This document shows positions 27,101-40,249 of a DNA stretch of 64,000 bases, one piece after another. This DNA is from Paramecium tetraurelia (Eukaryota): positions 1-64,000 of the forward strand of contig CT868041.1 in NCBI GenBank assembly GCA_000165425.1, read 5' to 3'. How positions within the stretch are numbered: the stretch's first letter is position 1; the number at the start of each line of letters is the position of its first letter. A program made the translations under genes and the position numbers. The notes beneath the pieces are model-generated. The model made no database searches, was not told the DNA's origin, and worked only from the letters and a program-made list of their open reading frames with translations.

Positions 27101-30100
27101 TTAGATGAATATAATGATATATAGGATTGCGATGAAAACCTAAATGTTAAAGCATGTACTGATATTAAGAATAATATTTGTATATTTTCATATAAGACAG
27201 ATAAATGTATTAGGGCTACTGAATTTAATGTGGATTGCAATCACTATGAATAATTGGGTAGTGTTAGTAAGTAAGTATGTGAATAAATCAATAAAATTGG
27301 ATAATCGTGCTAATTTGACAATTATACATGCGTAGATTCAACTTTGATTTCTGAATCTTGTGATGGTTCATCAGCCAACAATAGATCCTGCTTCAAAAAC
27401 ACTAAGGGTTAATGTAGATGGGATCCAAATACTTTTCAATGCTATGTGAATTACACAAAAATAGAGGAGTTGTCATGTTTAGATTTAATAAACATCGAGT
27501 TATGTAAACTAGTAACCAAAGAAACCTGTTTTTGGAATGATGTTACAAATCAATGCGAAATCTTTAACACTATTAGTGCAGCCGATTTTGAAATTCTCAA
27601 TAATACTGGAAATCATAAGTTTACTGAAAAAGGCTGTCTATTAATAACAGGAGATGCATACTATTATGATCAATTATCACAGAAATGTAGTAAATTACTT
27701 ACTAAAACAGCGGATTGCAATGCTTATTAAATGAATAAATATGCTTGTTTATATTATACTCAAAGTCATAATTGTTTTTATGATGAAGAAGAGGTTTTAC
27801 CTAATAATAAATGTAAACCATTTGTGTAAGACTAATCAAAATGTTCAACTTAATGGCAGATTAATATCGAAGTGTGTATGAATATATAACAGACATGCAT
27901 GTTTGATGTGAGTACATTATAATGTTAGCCATTTAAATATGAAGATAGTATGACTTGCTCGAAGTTATCAAATTATTCTTTCAATCTATAGCATCCAAAT
28001 AGAAGAGTTTGTGCCTCTGTTGCTTAAACTTTAGATTAAACTTCAGGAGGATAATTATGTTCTGAAGATAGAGAGAACATTATGAAATGCAAATTCGAAA
28101 AGTATTGTTTTTGGATGAACTATTCTTGTTAAATCTTCAATATTGTATATGATTATATTGAATCAGCTTATGGACAGTAACAACTTCTTAAAGAATGTCC
28201 TGATTTCGAAAAATATGATAATTGCTTTGATGACATCATGAAGAACACAACTTCATATCGTCTAACAAAATAATCAAAAATTGAAAGTACTTGGTCATAA
28301 TTAAATGATACTTGTCATCAAAAAATTATTAAATATACAAGAGAACACCTATATTCTTAAAAATCTAATAATAATATTACTGTATGCAAAATAATTGAAT
28401 GTTCATTTATTGAATAGATCTTTTGTAATATTAATGCAATTTTTGAAACTATCTTTACAATTAATGAAAATACCCCTGATAATTACGATACTTCCAAGAT
28501 AGATACTATGGTCAGTAGTGATCCATTAGATACATGCTAGAATTTTGATTGCTCATCCCAATCTGAAAATACATGTTAAACATAAATTACATAACCTTAT
28601 AATCAAATACGCTAGAATAATTGTATTGTATAAGACACTCATATTTTTAATAATTGGTGTTCATTAATGGAAAATAAAGTTAATATTTGTGATAAAGATT
28701 TTGATAAAGCATTATGCTTAGAATTGAGTCCACACTGTTATTTTGACCTATAATAAGGAGGTTGCAAGTAATTAAAAGGCAATGAACATAACATTGGGGA
28801 TTGTAGTTAAATTGCAAATAATTGCTATGTTAGTTCAAGTCCTAAAGCGATTTGCTAAAATGGAGAATCAAGTATCAAACCAGGTGATAAATGCAAAACA
28901 GTCCAAAAACCCTATTTGACTTGTGTACCACTTACAACATACAATTAACCATTTTCTTGTGCAGCAATAAAAAACTAAGATGTTTAACCTATTTTATGTG
29001 CTAAAGCTAATGATGATTGTAGATATGATGGGAACTAATGTATACATGAAATGCCAACACAAATGGAAAATGGGTTATATCCTTGTGATAGAAGTTTTAG
29101 TTAATCTTTATGTGAAAAATGTGGATGCAACTATACTTTTTAAGGATAATGTTAATAATTTAAGCAAGTACCATTGGTAGATCCAGATAAATCAAATAAA
29201 GACTTTCTGTGTTATCAAGTAAATCTATTAGAAACAACTAATAAATAAGAAATATGCGTAAGTGTTGATTAAGCCTGTGCATTTTCTGAATCTATATGTG
29301 AAGATGCTACCCACTATGAGTGCAATCAACTATTTGAGAATCCTGTTTCATCAAAAGCATGCTTGAAATGTTATGAACATGCAACTAAATATGATGCTAG
29401 TTAATAAAAATGTTTAAACATAGATGATATTCCTAATCAAAACTCTTGTAGCTATCTAAATTAGCTGGCTTGTCTTAAAAAAACTAAAGGAATTAAATGC
29501 AAATGGGATAACTTCGAATGTAAAACAGTATCAATAGATCCAGAAGATAAGATTGAATGCTCTATTTTAAATTACAATGCTTGTTACAGCAAATAAATCA
29601 ATATCTGTTGGATTGATTAAATAACCTCTTTGTGCGTTTATTATAATGAAAATATGGGCAAATGTGAGTTATTACAGACAGAATCTCTTTGTTTAAGGTC
29701 TATGTATGGAAGTTGTTAATGGACTAATGAGAAATGCATTTAGATTAGTAAAATACCTGCAAATACATGTGATAATTTGAATCAATATTCATGTCTGAAT
29801 ACTATAAATATTGCATGTGGATGGTCTACTAAATATGAAAAGTGCTTTAAATTGGAATTCAAACTTAATCCATTACTTTAATGTAATGATATTTTATAGA
29901 GTGATATCGATCGTTTTAATACTTACACTTGTACTGAATTTAAAACACAATCAGGTTGTCTTCACGATTAATATTATAATTGTAGAGAAATCATACCCAC
30001 TGATGTCCTTTCTTGTGAAGTATCATCAATTTATAATGTTAATGAATATGCATGTACTAAATTAACGAAAGGATAGTGTATATTTGTCAATAGAGTATGT

Positions 30101-33100
30101 TAATAAACAACAAATACTAAATTAGGTTGCTTGACTAATTTGAATGAGAAAGCTTGTCTAAAATAAGAAGATGCTTGCAAATTCGATAATTATTGCTAAC
30201 CCCATGTTATAAAATCTCAGAATGATATAAATACTCCATTTTTCTATACAAAAAAATCTTGCGATGAGGCTGATTTCTCGGTCATGTCACCAGATGGAGA
30301 CAGATATATTGGTGTATCTATAATATTTAATGAGGAGTAATAAAAATGTATAGACATCACTAATAAAAATATATAGATTAAGGATTGTACTTATAAAGGA
30401 ATCAATAAGTACGCATGTTTAACAAAGACAAGCTAATATTGTGAATTTGCTGAAAATTAATGCAGACCTATTCAATTCAAAGCAATTTATGCATAAAATA
30501 AATGCGTAACTACTTTAAATTAATATACATGCACAAGATTGAATACACAATGCAAATTTGTTAATTATTAATGCCTCCCTATTTCTGTTAAAGACAATTG
30601 CATAACCTTATCATCAGAAAAATCAGTTGTACAGAATAACATTTGTGAAAATGATCGTGAAGCTCCTTGCATGTTTAATTATAGCACTTAGAATTGTGAA
30701 ATAATTACAACACCTCAAAAATGTGAAGGCCTAAATCGTTGGGGATGCTTATTCCATACACAAGGATCTTATTGTGAAATCAAGAACTAAAAGTGCATTA
30801 AGTCATTTGGTAATAGAAATTGTCTTGATGAAATCAATTATGATAAATGTCTCTCAATAATTACCAAAGGTTAAATGTGTTATTTTGATCCGAAACTTGG
30901 ATGTCGAAACATTGATACTACTAAAGTTGATCTCAATATATGTGATAAAAATGGGTTATCAACAAGCCCAACTACTTGCTCTAAAAGCACTGATGTCCCC
31001 TGTGCTTTTAATAAGTTAAATAAATAATGTGCTCAGTATCCTTTTGTATCCGAATATTAAATAAATGATAGTATTTCTAACATATCTTCATTCAATAAAA
31101 TGACATGTTAAATTTTTAATAAGTCAAAACCTCTTATGTGGTAAGAATCATGCTAAATAGTTTCCAGTTCTTAATTTCTTTATTTAAAATGTAACGCACC
31201 TTTAAATTAAATAGCGTGTTTAAGTATCAAGACTCCTTATTAATTTTGCTAATATAAAAATAATTAATGTATCAATGCTAATCTAGATGATTTTAAAAAT
31301 GTCAAATGTAATACTATAGAAAATATTAATTCTGGTGCTTTTTGTGCTATTAATACTTTAGGCACTGCCTGTAAATTCGATAAGTATTTATTTAAGTGTC
31401 AGGAAATTGAAGATAAATCTATAGTTTGTGTTGAAAAGGATCCAGAAGAGAAAGGAATAAATAAAAAAGGTTGTGAGCTTGACACTGATCGTTGCATTTA
31501 TGATGAGAATTGTTATAAAAAAAATAATAGTGGATATTAATTTTGTAGAGATATTAAAAAAAATGGACAATTTTAATGTAAGGAGGTTACTGGTGAGGGA
31601 TGCATGATTTAATCAGGGAACTGTGTCAAGATTTACTATAATGATTATTCCAAAATTAAATGCGAATAAGCTCTTAATCGATTTGGATGTGTTAACATTC
31701 AAACAGAAGGTCAATATTGCTAATTTGTTGGAGATTAATGCAAATCATAAGATATATCATAATTCAAGGATAATACTTGTTTAAGCATAATAAATATTAA
31801 TAACTATAAATTCTGTGAATAAGCCCAGGACATAGCATGTACATTTGATTTAAAGAATAATCTTTGTAGAAATGTATATCCACAAGAGGAATTCTCTTGT
31901 GAGAGAGGATTGAATAAGATTGCTTGCTTAAATCAAACAAATAAGAGTTTAATGTGTAAGTTCCTTCAATATTGCTATGGTCCAAATAATGGCATTATGA
32001 ATTGTGCTTATAAAGACAAGTAGAGGTGCTGTAAAGAAGCTGGTTCAATTGATACATGTTTGAATTAAAAGATTTACGAGTGTGAATGGACAGCTAATAA
32101 CTGTTAGGCTTTGTAAAATAAAGTGGAAGAGTGTGATTAGATAGTAAATGCTAGTTTTTTAGTTTGTGCTTCTATAAAATAAATACTCTGTGTATTTGTT
32201 CCTACTGAATATAGATGTAAAGCATAGAGTCCAACAACATGTGGTTTCTCATAATCAAGTTAATAATGTAAAAGAATGAAATACCTTTCTTGTATGTGGA
32301 ATTCAGAGGATGAAAGTTGCTCATACTCGGAGGAGTCAACTTATTTAGGTTGTTAATAAGTGTCTGAAAGATCTGGAAACTAAAGAGCCTGCATGAATGT
32401 TGAAGTACAAGGACAGCTGTGTATATACAAGGATGAACAATGTCTACTATTTGTATAAGATGAAGATGTGAATAACTGTTTGGATACAATCAATAAAAAT
32501 GCATGTATTTAACAAACTGTTAGTGATTGTTAATGGGTTGAATAAGTATTTTCAGTCACCAAATCGTAAAACTAGAATTTGGAGGATATTATCTAAGGGG
32601 AATGTAAACCAATCACTAACTTAGATTAAACATCATGCTCTGCTAATATTAGTTATACAGCTTGCTTGAAAATAATTAAGAATGGAGAGCATTGTATTTG
32701 GAAAGATTTGAGATGCTAAACGATAAGTTAATAAGAATTATACACTCCCGAAGAACTTATTTTTGTTAATATAAATGCATGTGGTTTAGTGAATAATGGA
32801 GATACAGTAGGGTATGACCAAGAGTTTAAATATTGTAGGAAAATTATAAATCCTAATGAACTGAGTTGCAAACCTTAAGTATTGGGAATCAACAAAGATG
32901 CATGTTTAGCCATAAAGACTTAATCGTGTATTTGGAATAGCATAGCCAGTAGATGCTAATATTAAGATATCTAGATTGATACTTAATAATTAAATATACA
33001 AAATTTGAATATCATCTCTTGCTCAAAACTAGATATTAATTAACCATATGGATATTCTCTAAAGGGTTGCCAAGATGTTGACATAAATTCAATCACTTGT

Positions 33101-34465
33101 ACTCATGATGGTTTAAATAAATTTGCATGCTTAAATATTAAAAATCACCCTTGTATTTGGAAGTAAAATGTCTAGGATGGTAACTATTATTGTTATGATT
33201 ACACTCCCTACACTTTATGTGAATTGATACCTATCAATGTGAATTCAAAGGTTTGTTAATTGGTTGATCTAGATGCTTGCTATTATGATATCAATAATAA
33301 TAAATGTGAAAATGTCAAGTTACAAACAACGAATTGTGATACTGTAGGTTTAAATCCCCTAGGTTGTATTAAGATTGATGATTGTGTATTCTAAGAATAT
33401 TGTCAACGAGTAACAAAACAATTTTATGATTGCAATGAATATCCTATTGCAAATTATAAAGTGTGTATGAATGCCATTGATAGTTGTAAATTCAATGAAT
33501 TAACCTCTGGATGTTCTCAAGCAAAAGAAGAATTATGTGAAACTAAAGGGTTAAGTATGTAAGGTTGTCAATCAAGTCAATGTACATGGATCAATAATTA
33601 ATGTTAATGCAATAGTATTAAAGAATATGACTGCAATTAAATTAAAACACAGAAATAATGTGATTCACTTAGTCATTGTAAATATGATAAGGTTTAGAAT
33701 TAGTGTAGATGGAAATAATGCGAGGATTAACCTGCTAGCTCTTGTGATGGTTTAGAATTTCATTAATTCTACTGTTATACAGACACTTCCTAATTATGCA
33801 AATCTGCTGAATAATGTGAAGATATTAAGAGTCCAAACTCTTAAAATTGTCCATAATTACATGATAAATTATGCATTTTTAATTCAGAATTAAACTAATG
33901 TTAAACGCTTAATTGTGAAATACTTGAAGAATAACAATGCTTAAGTTATCCAAATTATTGCATATTTAGTTAGACTTGCAAATTTTTAGGATGTAATTAT
34001 ACTACATAATTCAATTGTGCTTGTAGATATTTGCCAAATACACCTTAATGTAATGGAGTTTAAGTGAATGATCAATTCTGCGTCGAATTAACTGATAGTA
34101 CTTGCGTATCATGCGAGGAAATATCAAGTCCTTGCATCTGTCATTAAAACCATCAATTTTGTTAGTATAGTTTTACAGAAATGAAGTGTTAATCCAAGAT
34201 TTGCAAGAACTTTATCGAACAACAAAATTGTCCAGAATAATATTGTGATTTTCTTAATTAAAATGTAATATTTAGTATATTTAAATAGTGTGTTTAAAAA
34301 TGTTAGTATATTCAACAACAAAGTTAATGTGAAAGTAATGATTGCATATGGTCAGATAATTAGTGCAAATTAAATGAGAAAACTGGTAACTCCACTGATA
34401 TAGTAGTTAGCTCATGGGGGTTGATAGAATTAGTGGAATTAAGTATGTTGATTCTGAATTTATGA
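24189..34465 (+). CDS. Giant (~3,400 aa) cysteine-rich secreted/surface protein with signal peptide and C-terminal hydrophobic, GPI-like signal
   Basis: Signal MVVNKSSQYYTLFVIAFFSIGVLSQ; dozens of LNxxxC..CxW/F...C repeats; introns 24328-24352, 24890-24914 and ~34265-34289; tail SSWGLIELVELSMLILNL*. Confidence 0.88.
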
Positions 34466-34554
34466 AATTCTATTTTATTCAATTAAACTATTAAAAGAAT
34501 TTAATATTTTAAAGCAAATTATTCAATTTATATTTAGTATTAAATTAAGTACAA

Positions 34555-36025
34555 ATGTTAACCTAAGGAGCAATTGACTTTATATTCAGAGATTCTCCAG
34601 TTCCTTTGTATGTGCAGGTCTAAACTTCAGCGAAATATTCATTTTTACAAGATGAAGAACGAGTAATAAACTAATGCTATATCTATGATGGAATACAAAG
34701 AAGATAAATTAAAATCAAAAGCCAATACACATTTTTTTTATAATAAGAATAACCATAAATCTAAATAAGGAGATTAGGGTATCTTAATGGAGAGAGGTGT
34801 ATTGAAGAATATTGCGTACTATATTAAGTACGAATTCATTAATTATTTCTTTAGTAATTGATTCCATACAACATTAATTAGTATTATTATCTGAAACCAG
34901 TTATATTCTTCACCCCAAATATGGTAAACAAGTTTGGTTTCATAAATAATTGTAGAATCAATATAAAAGGAAAATTAAATAAAACATTTAAATAATACAA
35001 GGCTTCTAATCTGAGCTCATTTAAGATCGCTACAATTTTAGATTGCTTAAGTGAATAGAGAGCTACAATTATGTCATTCCAGAGTGATTGGAATGGAGGA
35101 GTTGACCTCAGACTTGATGATATTGGGGAAAATCAAGAATGTGTCTATCTAAATATTCTTACCTACGAATACTCTGATCCTGATGGAAAGAATGAAATTA
35201 GATATAGAATTGATAAAGAAACCTAAATCTTCCCTCTCACTATTAGTTGGACTGAGTATAATCAAATAAATGTTTAGAATTTAGGAAGGATATTCAATGT
35301 TTTTGGTCTTATCTTTAAGATTAGAAATATTCAGGGAAATGGTTATCAAGAAATTACTATTGTTAATTTCTAAAAGTAAAAAGTAAAAGTGATCATCTAA
35401 TTACCTTTTGCTTAAGAGTTTTAACTGGAGAAAAATAAATGGGCAGGTTTCAGGATGGTAAAAGTTATTCAGAAACACAATTCTTGTTTTGCTCTCTCAT
35501 TCAACGATGAATCGAAATTGTGCAAAGATACTTAAGTAGAACCACCGATAGATTTTCAAAATTAATCTCCCCCTCTTCCTCATGTTGGAGTAATTGAATT
35601 ACCAATTACAAATACTGCTTAAGTTTTAGAAAATACAAAAAATAATAAATATTTTAGAATTTAAACCAAAGTTCAATAAATTAAATTAATTAATCTTGAT
35701 AATGAGTATGCCATTAAAGTTCTATTTGAGAATGATTTATCTGCTATTGTTAAAAAAAGGAAGTATATCATACGAATCTTAGGTGTATTTTAATTATTAT
35801 TATTCATTAGACATCGATACAGAAAATTTAAGCGAATATTTAAACAGTCTTTAAAGTGATCAATTGAATTAGATATTATTAAGAGCAAAAAGTTTACTTT
35901 GTGATTTTGTAATCAAAGTTATTAGTCAAATAAATGATATTAGATATGAAATGGTTAAATTACATTCATGCACTATCACTAGAAATATTTAGGAGTAAAT
36001 ACAAAAAAAAGTCAAATAAGAATGA
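34555..36025 (+). CDS. Divergent RPA1 (RPA70)-like multi-OB-fold protein
   Basis: N-terminus MLTQGAIDFIF..PLYVQVQ..CYIYDG resembles RPA70N (LSEGAI..PILQV..LMSDG); IFNVFGLIFKI...QEITIVNFQKQKVKVIIQLPFAQEF resembles an OB-B strand pattern; TGA 36023-36025. Confidence 0.55.
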
Positions 36026-36429
36026 CAAGATTAATATATAATCAATAAAAAATATTATCTTATAATCCTAAATAACAATTAGGATGATGAATTAATTAGA
36101 TACATAATCTATTTTTCGAACTTTTGAATATTACCTTTCTTCTTATCCCATAAGAATTTGAGATTTAATATATATGTGTTCTTATTGTTATTATCAAGAA
36201 AGGAAGTAAGGATTATTAATATTGAAATATATATTTTTGATTTACTTTTTCATATTGATTTTAACTTCACATTTTATTTATTATTATCCAAGATATTATA
36301 TGTAGCAGCTATAGATTTTAATATTAATTTGAGTTACTTCTAAGCTGAATTTAAAATTGAATATTGATGAATTTTCAATTTAAATAAAAAATTTATTGAT
36401 ATTTCACAATAATATTTTTTATAAATTAA

Positions 36430-36920
36430 ATGGATAGAAAATACTAGGAATTAGTTGATAAAAAGGCATTTTTAGACAACGAATTGAAAAATCTAGAGAA
36501 AAGCATATTTGATAATGAGACTAAATATTTAGAGGACACAGCATTCACTGGAAATGTAATAAAAGGATGGGATGGATATTTAAGCATGAAAAATACAAAA
36601 GCCAATGCTGCTTTACAAAGAAAAAGTAAATCAAGCCAAAATGATCGGATATTTTCATTAAGTAGTAAAACATCACCTTTTGTGCAGGAAGTGACCACTT
36701 AAAATTAGATTACTAATCCAACTAAATAAGTGAATGCTGAAGTAAGTGGAGAAGATAACAAATATCATTTCAGAAGAACAAAAAAGAAAAAGTATGCTGG
36801 GTTTCAAAAAAAGTAATTGTTGAATAAAATATATTTAGTGATCAAGGAGCTCATACACCTCAAAGCTCAAGTGATGAATATTAGGCAGAGAAAAAAATTA
36901 AGATTTCCAAAAAAATATGA
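36430..36920 (+). CDS. EAF6: NuA4 histone acetyltransferase subunit Eaf6/MEAF6
   Basis: ELVDKKAFLDNELKNLEKSIFDNETKYLEDTAFTGNVIKGWDGYL...DRIFSLSSKTS matches the Eaf6 signature. Confidence 0.9.
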
Positions 36921-37128
36921 ATTTAAAGATAAATGTCTTGCTATATATACTAAATATTATTAATAATTTTTGTTTAATAATTGATTGACTCATATTTTTA
37001 GGATATTATTTAATTATCATTTAAGTAATATTTATTCAAAGTTTAGAATATTGGTATTTTATTACTAAAATATAAATAATATTAAAAGTGTAGGTCTACT
37101 AAAGCATTATTATTATATACAAAATAGA

Positions 37129-39840
37129 TCATTAATTGTTGCAACAAATAAAAATTCCTTCCTTATACTCCTATTCTGATAGAATTTATTTGAATTAGTA
37201 TTAGGATTTACAAACTTAACAATGTAAAACTTGTAAGTATTAATATCCGCTTTTACAAACGTATTAACTGAATTCCCCAATCTATTTTAAATTTAACCAA
37301 CAATGACTCAAGCAGTATAAACATCTATTTTGCCTAAGACAACAATTGATTTTACAAAATTTACAATAACCATAAACAGTCAATGACAGTAGATCCTCAT
37401 TTGGATCATGATGATACATTTATGAACAGCATCTACATATTGCATCTATTGGTTGTTTTTCTAAATCTCTGCAAATATCACATTTAATCTCTTTCATTTG
37501 TTTATATTAATCCAATGAATATAACCTTTATTATGAACATGTTTCACATAATATTGATATCATCTGATGATCTTGAATGTTCCAAAAAAGATGATCAATT
37601 TATGGATTTGCTATTGAAAAGTTCTTCCTACTTAAATTAAGTTTTTAGCATACAATACTACATTTTTCATGCTATTTTTATAGGAAAGTCATTATTCCAA
37701 TTTATTTTTAATTGGTTGGATCTTTTTCTAAGAGTGGAATCATACCATCTGCAGATTAAATAGAAGCATCAGTCAATATGTTATTAGATCCTTACAAATC
37801 CAAAACTACAAGGGTTCCTTCTGTTTCTGTATAAGTGAAATGACTGAAAGCAGAGTAGAAATAAAATTGTGGCGATGTAAAAGCACCGTTTGTTGAATAT
37901 TTCTTCCATTAAAACTTGGCTGAATCTATGAAAGTCTCTGCATATAATAGGTTTAATCCATAAAAGGGAATATCCAAAGTGTAAAGAATAGGAGATACGT
38001 AAAAGATTGGAGGTATTTCATCAAAACCCTTTGTCAATTCTCTAAATAGAAATGCTAACTAGCTTGCGTGAGCAGCAACATAATACCTAGATTTTGCTAG
38101 CTCTTCTGCAATTTTGATATCTTCCTCAGTTAGTTGATTGTCTAAATACTTTTTAACGTGCTCTTTTGATAGTTTTACAGCCATAAATCTATTATTTAAA
38201 GCATCAAAAATTTTAAAAACACAAGTATTGGTATGATCTAAGTAATTTTTATTGTAATTTGAATAGTTTTGTACATTTATCTTAGTGATTTCTGGTTCTT
38301 AATTGATTTCTAAGGCAGTCACTCCTTATCTTTGAAATTAATCAACAATATCAATAAATTATGTCCAAAACAATGACTTTTTTATTTGTGCTTCAGAGAA
38401 TTGATAATTAATTATTTTTGGTTTAATAAATTTAGCTCCAGAGTAAAATTTCTAAGTTGTTTTTGGAAACATTGATCTATTGATACTCTTAGTAATTGAT
38501 GATTCAATTGCGAATTTAACAAGAGTAGGAAAATCATCAGGCTAGCTCTTTCTAGTTATCATAATGTCAGGAAATACATCTTGCATTTTATTAAACATGA
38601 TGTCAGTTGAATTTCTGATTTTAAAGCAGGTGAAAAAGCTAAGATTCTTGGCCTCTTTATATTTTAATATGATATTTTCTAAATGACCTTATTCTACTGC
38701 ATCACTCTGATCATCTGATATTTCGTCGGAGTGATATTGATTTCCATGACAAGGAGCATCAGTGATTAAGAATGTACATAAAATACTGTCTGGGTGTCTT
38801 GATATATTTAAATTCAATCCTTATTCCAATGCTGTAACAATATCTTCTGCCTAATCCCCACCTCCTTGAGCTACCTATTTTGAAATTACTTTAATTATCT
38901 CTTCAAAGTTTTCTGTTAAACATCTATACACCAACTATTCCTCTTCATCACAAGTATCTCTATATCCTACAAACCCTATTCTCACTCCATACCCATTGAT
39001 CTTTTCTTTAAATTGATATATTAGTTTGGCAATTTACTTTTTAATAGCTTCCAACCAACGATTCATCGACTTTGTCAAATCTAAAATGAAGATCACATCT
39101 ATGATATTTGATTGATGGATTTCCCTTTAAAAGTTTATCAACTTTTCCTTTTCACATACTTATTGAATTTCAAAGCGCTTTGCATTTTCGAGAAAATCTA
39201 TAAAACTATTTCCTTGTATTTTACTGGTACATGGCAAAAGTTATTATTTTTAACAAGAAATTTAGTTAATGTGTTCCCAATCACAATGTTGTTTTAAGCA
39301 TATCTTATTTGGGCAATTTCCTTGGAGATATTTTAAACATAAGTTTTAAAATCCTTCTAAATGATAAGGGCAATTACATTATTCATTTTCACAAATATTC
39401 TCTGGGTTAATTTAGGCAACATTATATTAAGTGTACACTTCTCTTCTAAGTTTGTCCCATTACACATGTCTATTTTCACAATTCTTATTTTTGCATATTT
39501 TTATTAAATTACTCAAGCATATGCCTTAAGCCCATTTTCTATGAATGAATTTACACAAACCCTATTAACAAATATTGTGTGGGCATAAATTAAAACCCCA
39601 CACTCCATTTATTGGAGATATTTATAACAATAAGTGGACTTTTTCTAGATTGAAATGATAAAGTGTGCATTAGTCATCGGAGCATTTTTTGTTTGCTTAA
39701 CAAGATTCTTCGTCCTCAAGATCCTTTTTCAGATATTCCAAACACAGGCCTACGTATTTTCTTTAGTGACTTGACTAACAATCCTCATCAGGACAAAATA
39801 TTGTGTTGTTACATAGATCGATTATATTTTCAAAATTCAT
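37129..39840 (-). CDS. Tandem CCCH zinc fingers - vWA - alpha-kinase - C-terminal Cys-rich zinc region (~903 aa, apparently intronless)
   Basis: CCCH units CNNTIFCPDEDCQSSH, CQANKKCSDDQCTLYH, CPHNICQQGLCKFIH, CLSNLIKICKNKNCENRH, CLKYLQGNCPNKICLKQH; vWA DVIFILDLTKSM, GGGDQAED, TDAPCHG; kinase MAVKL, YAETF, KKYSTNG, AFSHFTY, VVLDLQG, LTDASI, QHEKCSIVC; 2712 nt = 904 codons. Confidence 0.9.
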
Positions 39841-40249
39841 TTGTTAATTTAAATTATATCAAAAAAGCATTCTAATCTTATATTAAATAGATTTAAATTA
39901 TATTAATGAATTCATTATTAGTAGCTTTAATTATTTTAGGATATGTCTAATATTTAATTCTATTTAATTAATATATAAATAGATATTTTAACAGATTTGA
40001 GAGATGGCTTCAACTTAATCATACATCCATCTCTGTTAGTTTTGATATAAATTGCTAATTTACTTTTTTTTTAATTGTTTAATTTGCTTCTAGATAATTC
40101 TTAAATATCTATTAAGATTTCTCTTTTTGCTTTCAATCGTTTGATCGTAAATTATAAGCTCCGACTATTTCAATTCTATGCTAAGTTAGTCTGTGTATTA
40201 TAATCACATTTATTTTATTATAATTAAAGAATAAAATATAAATTATAAT

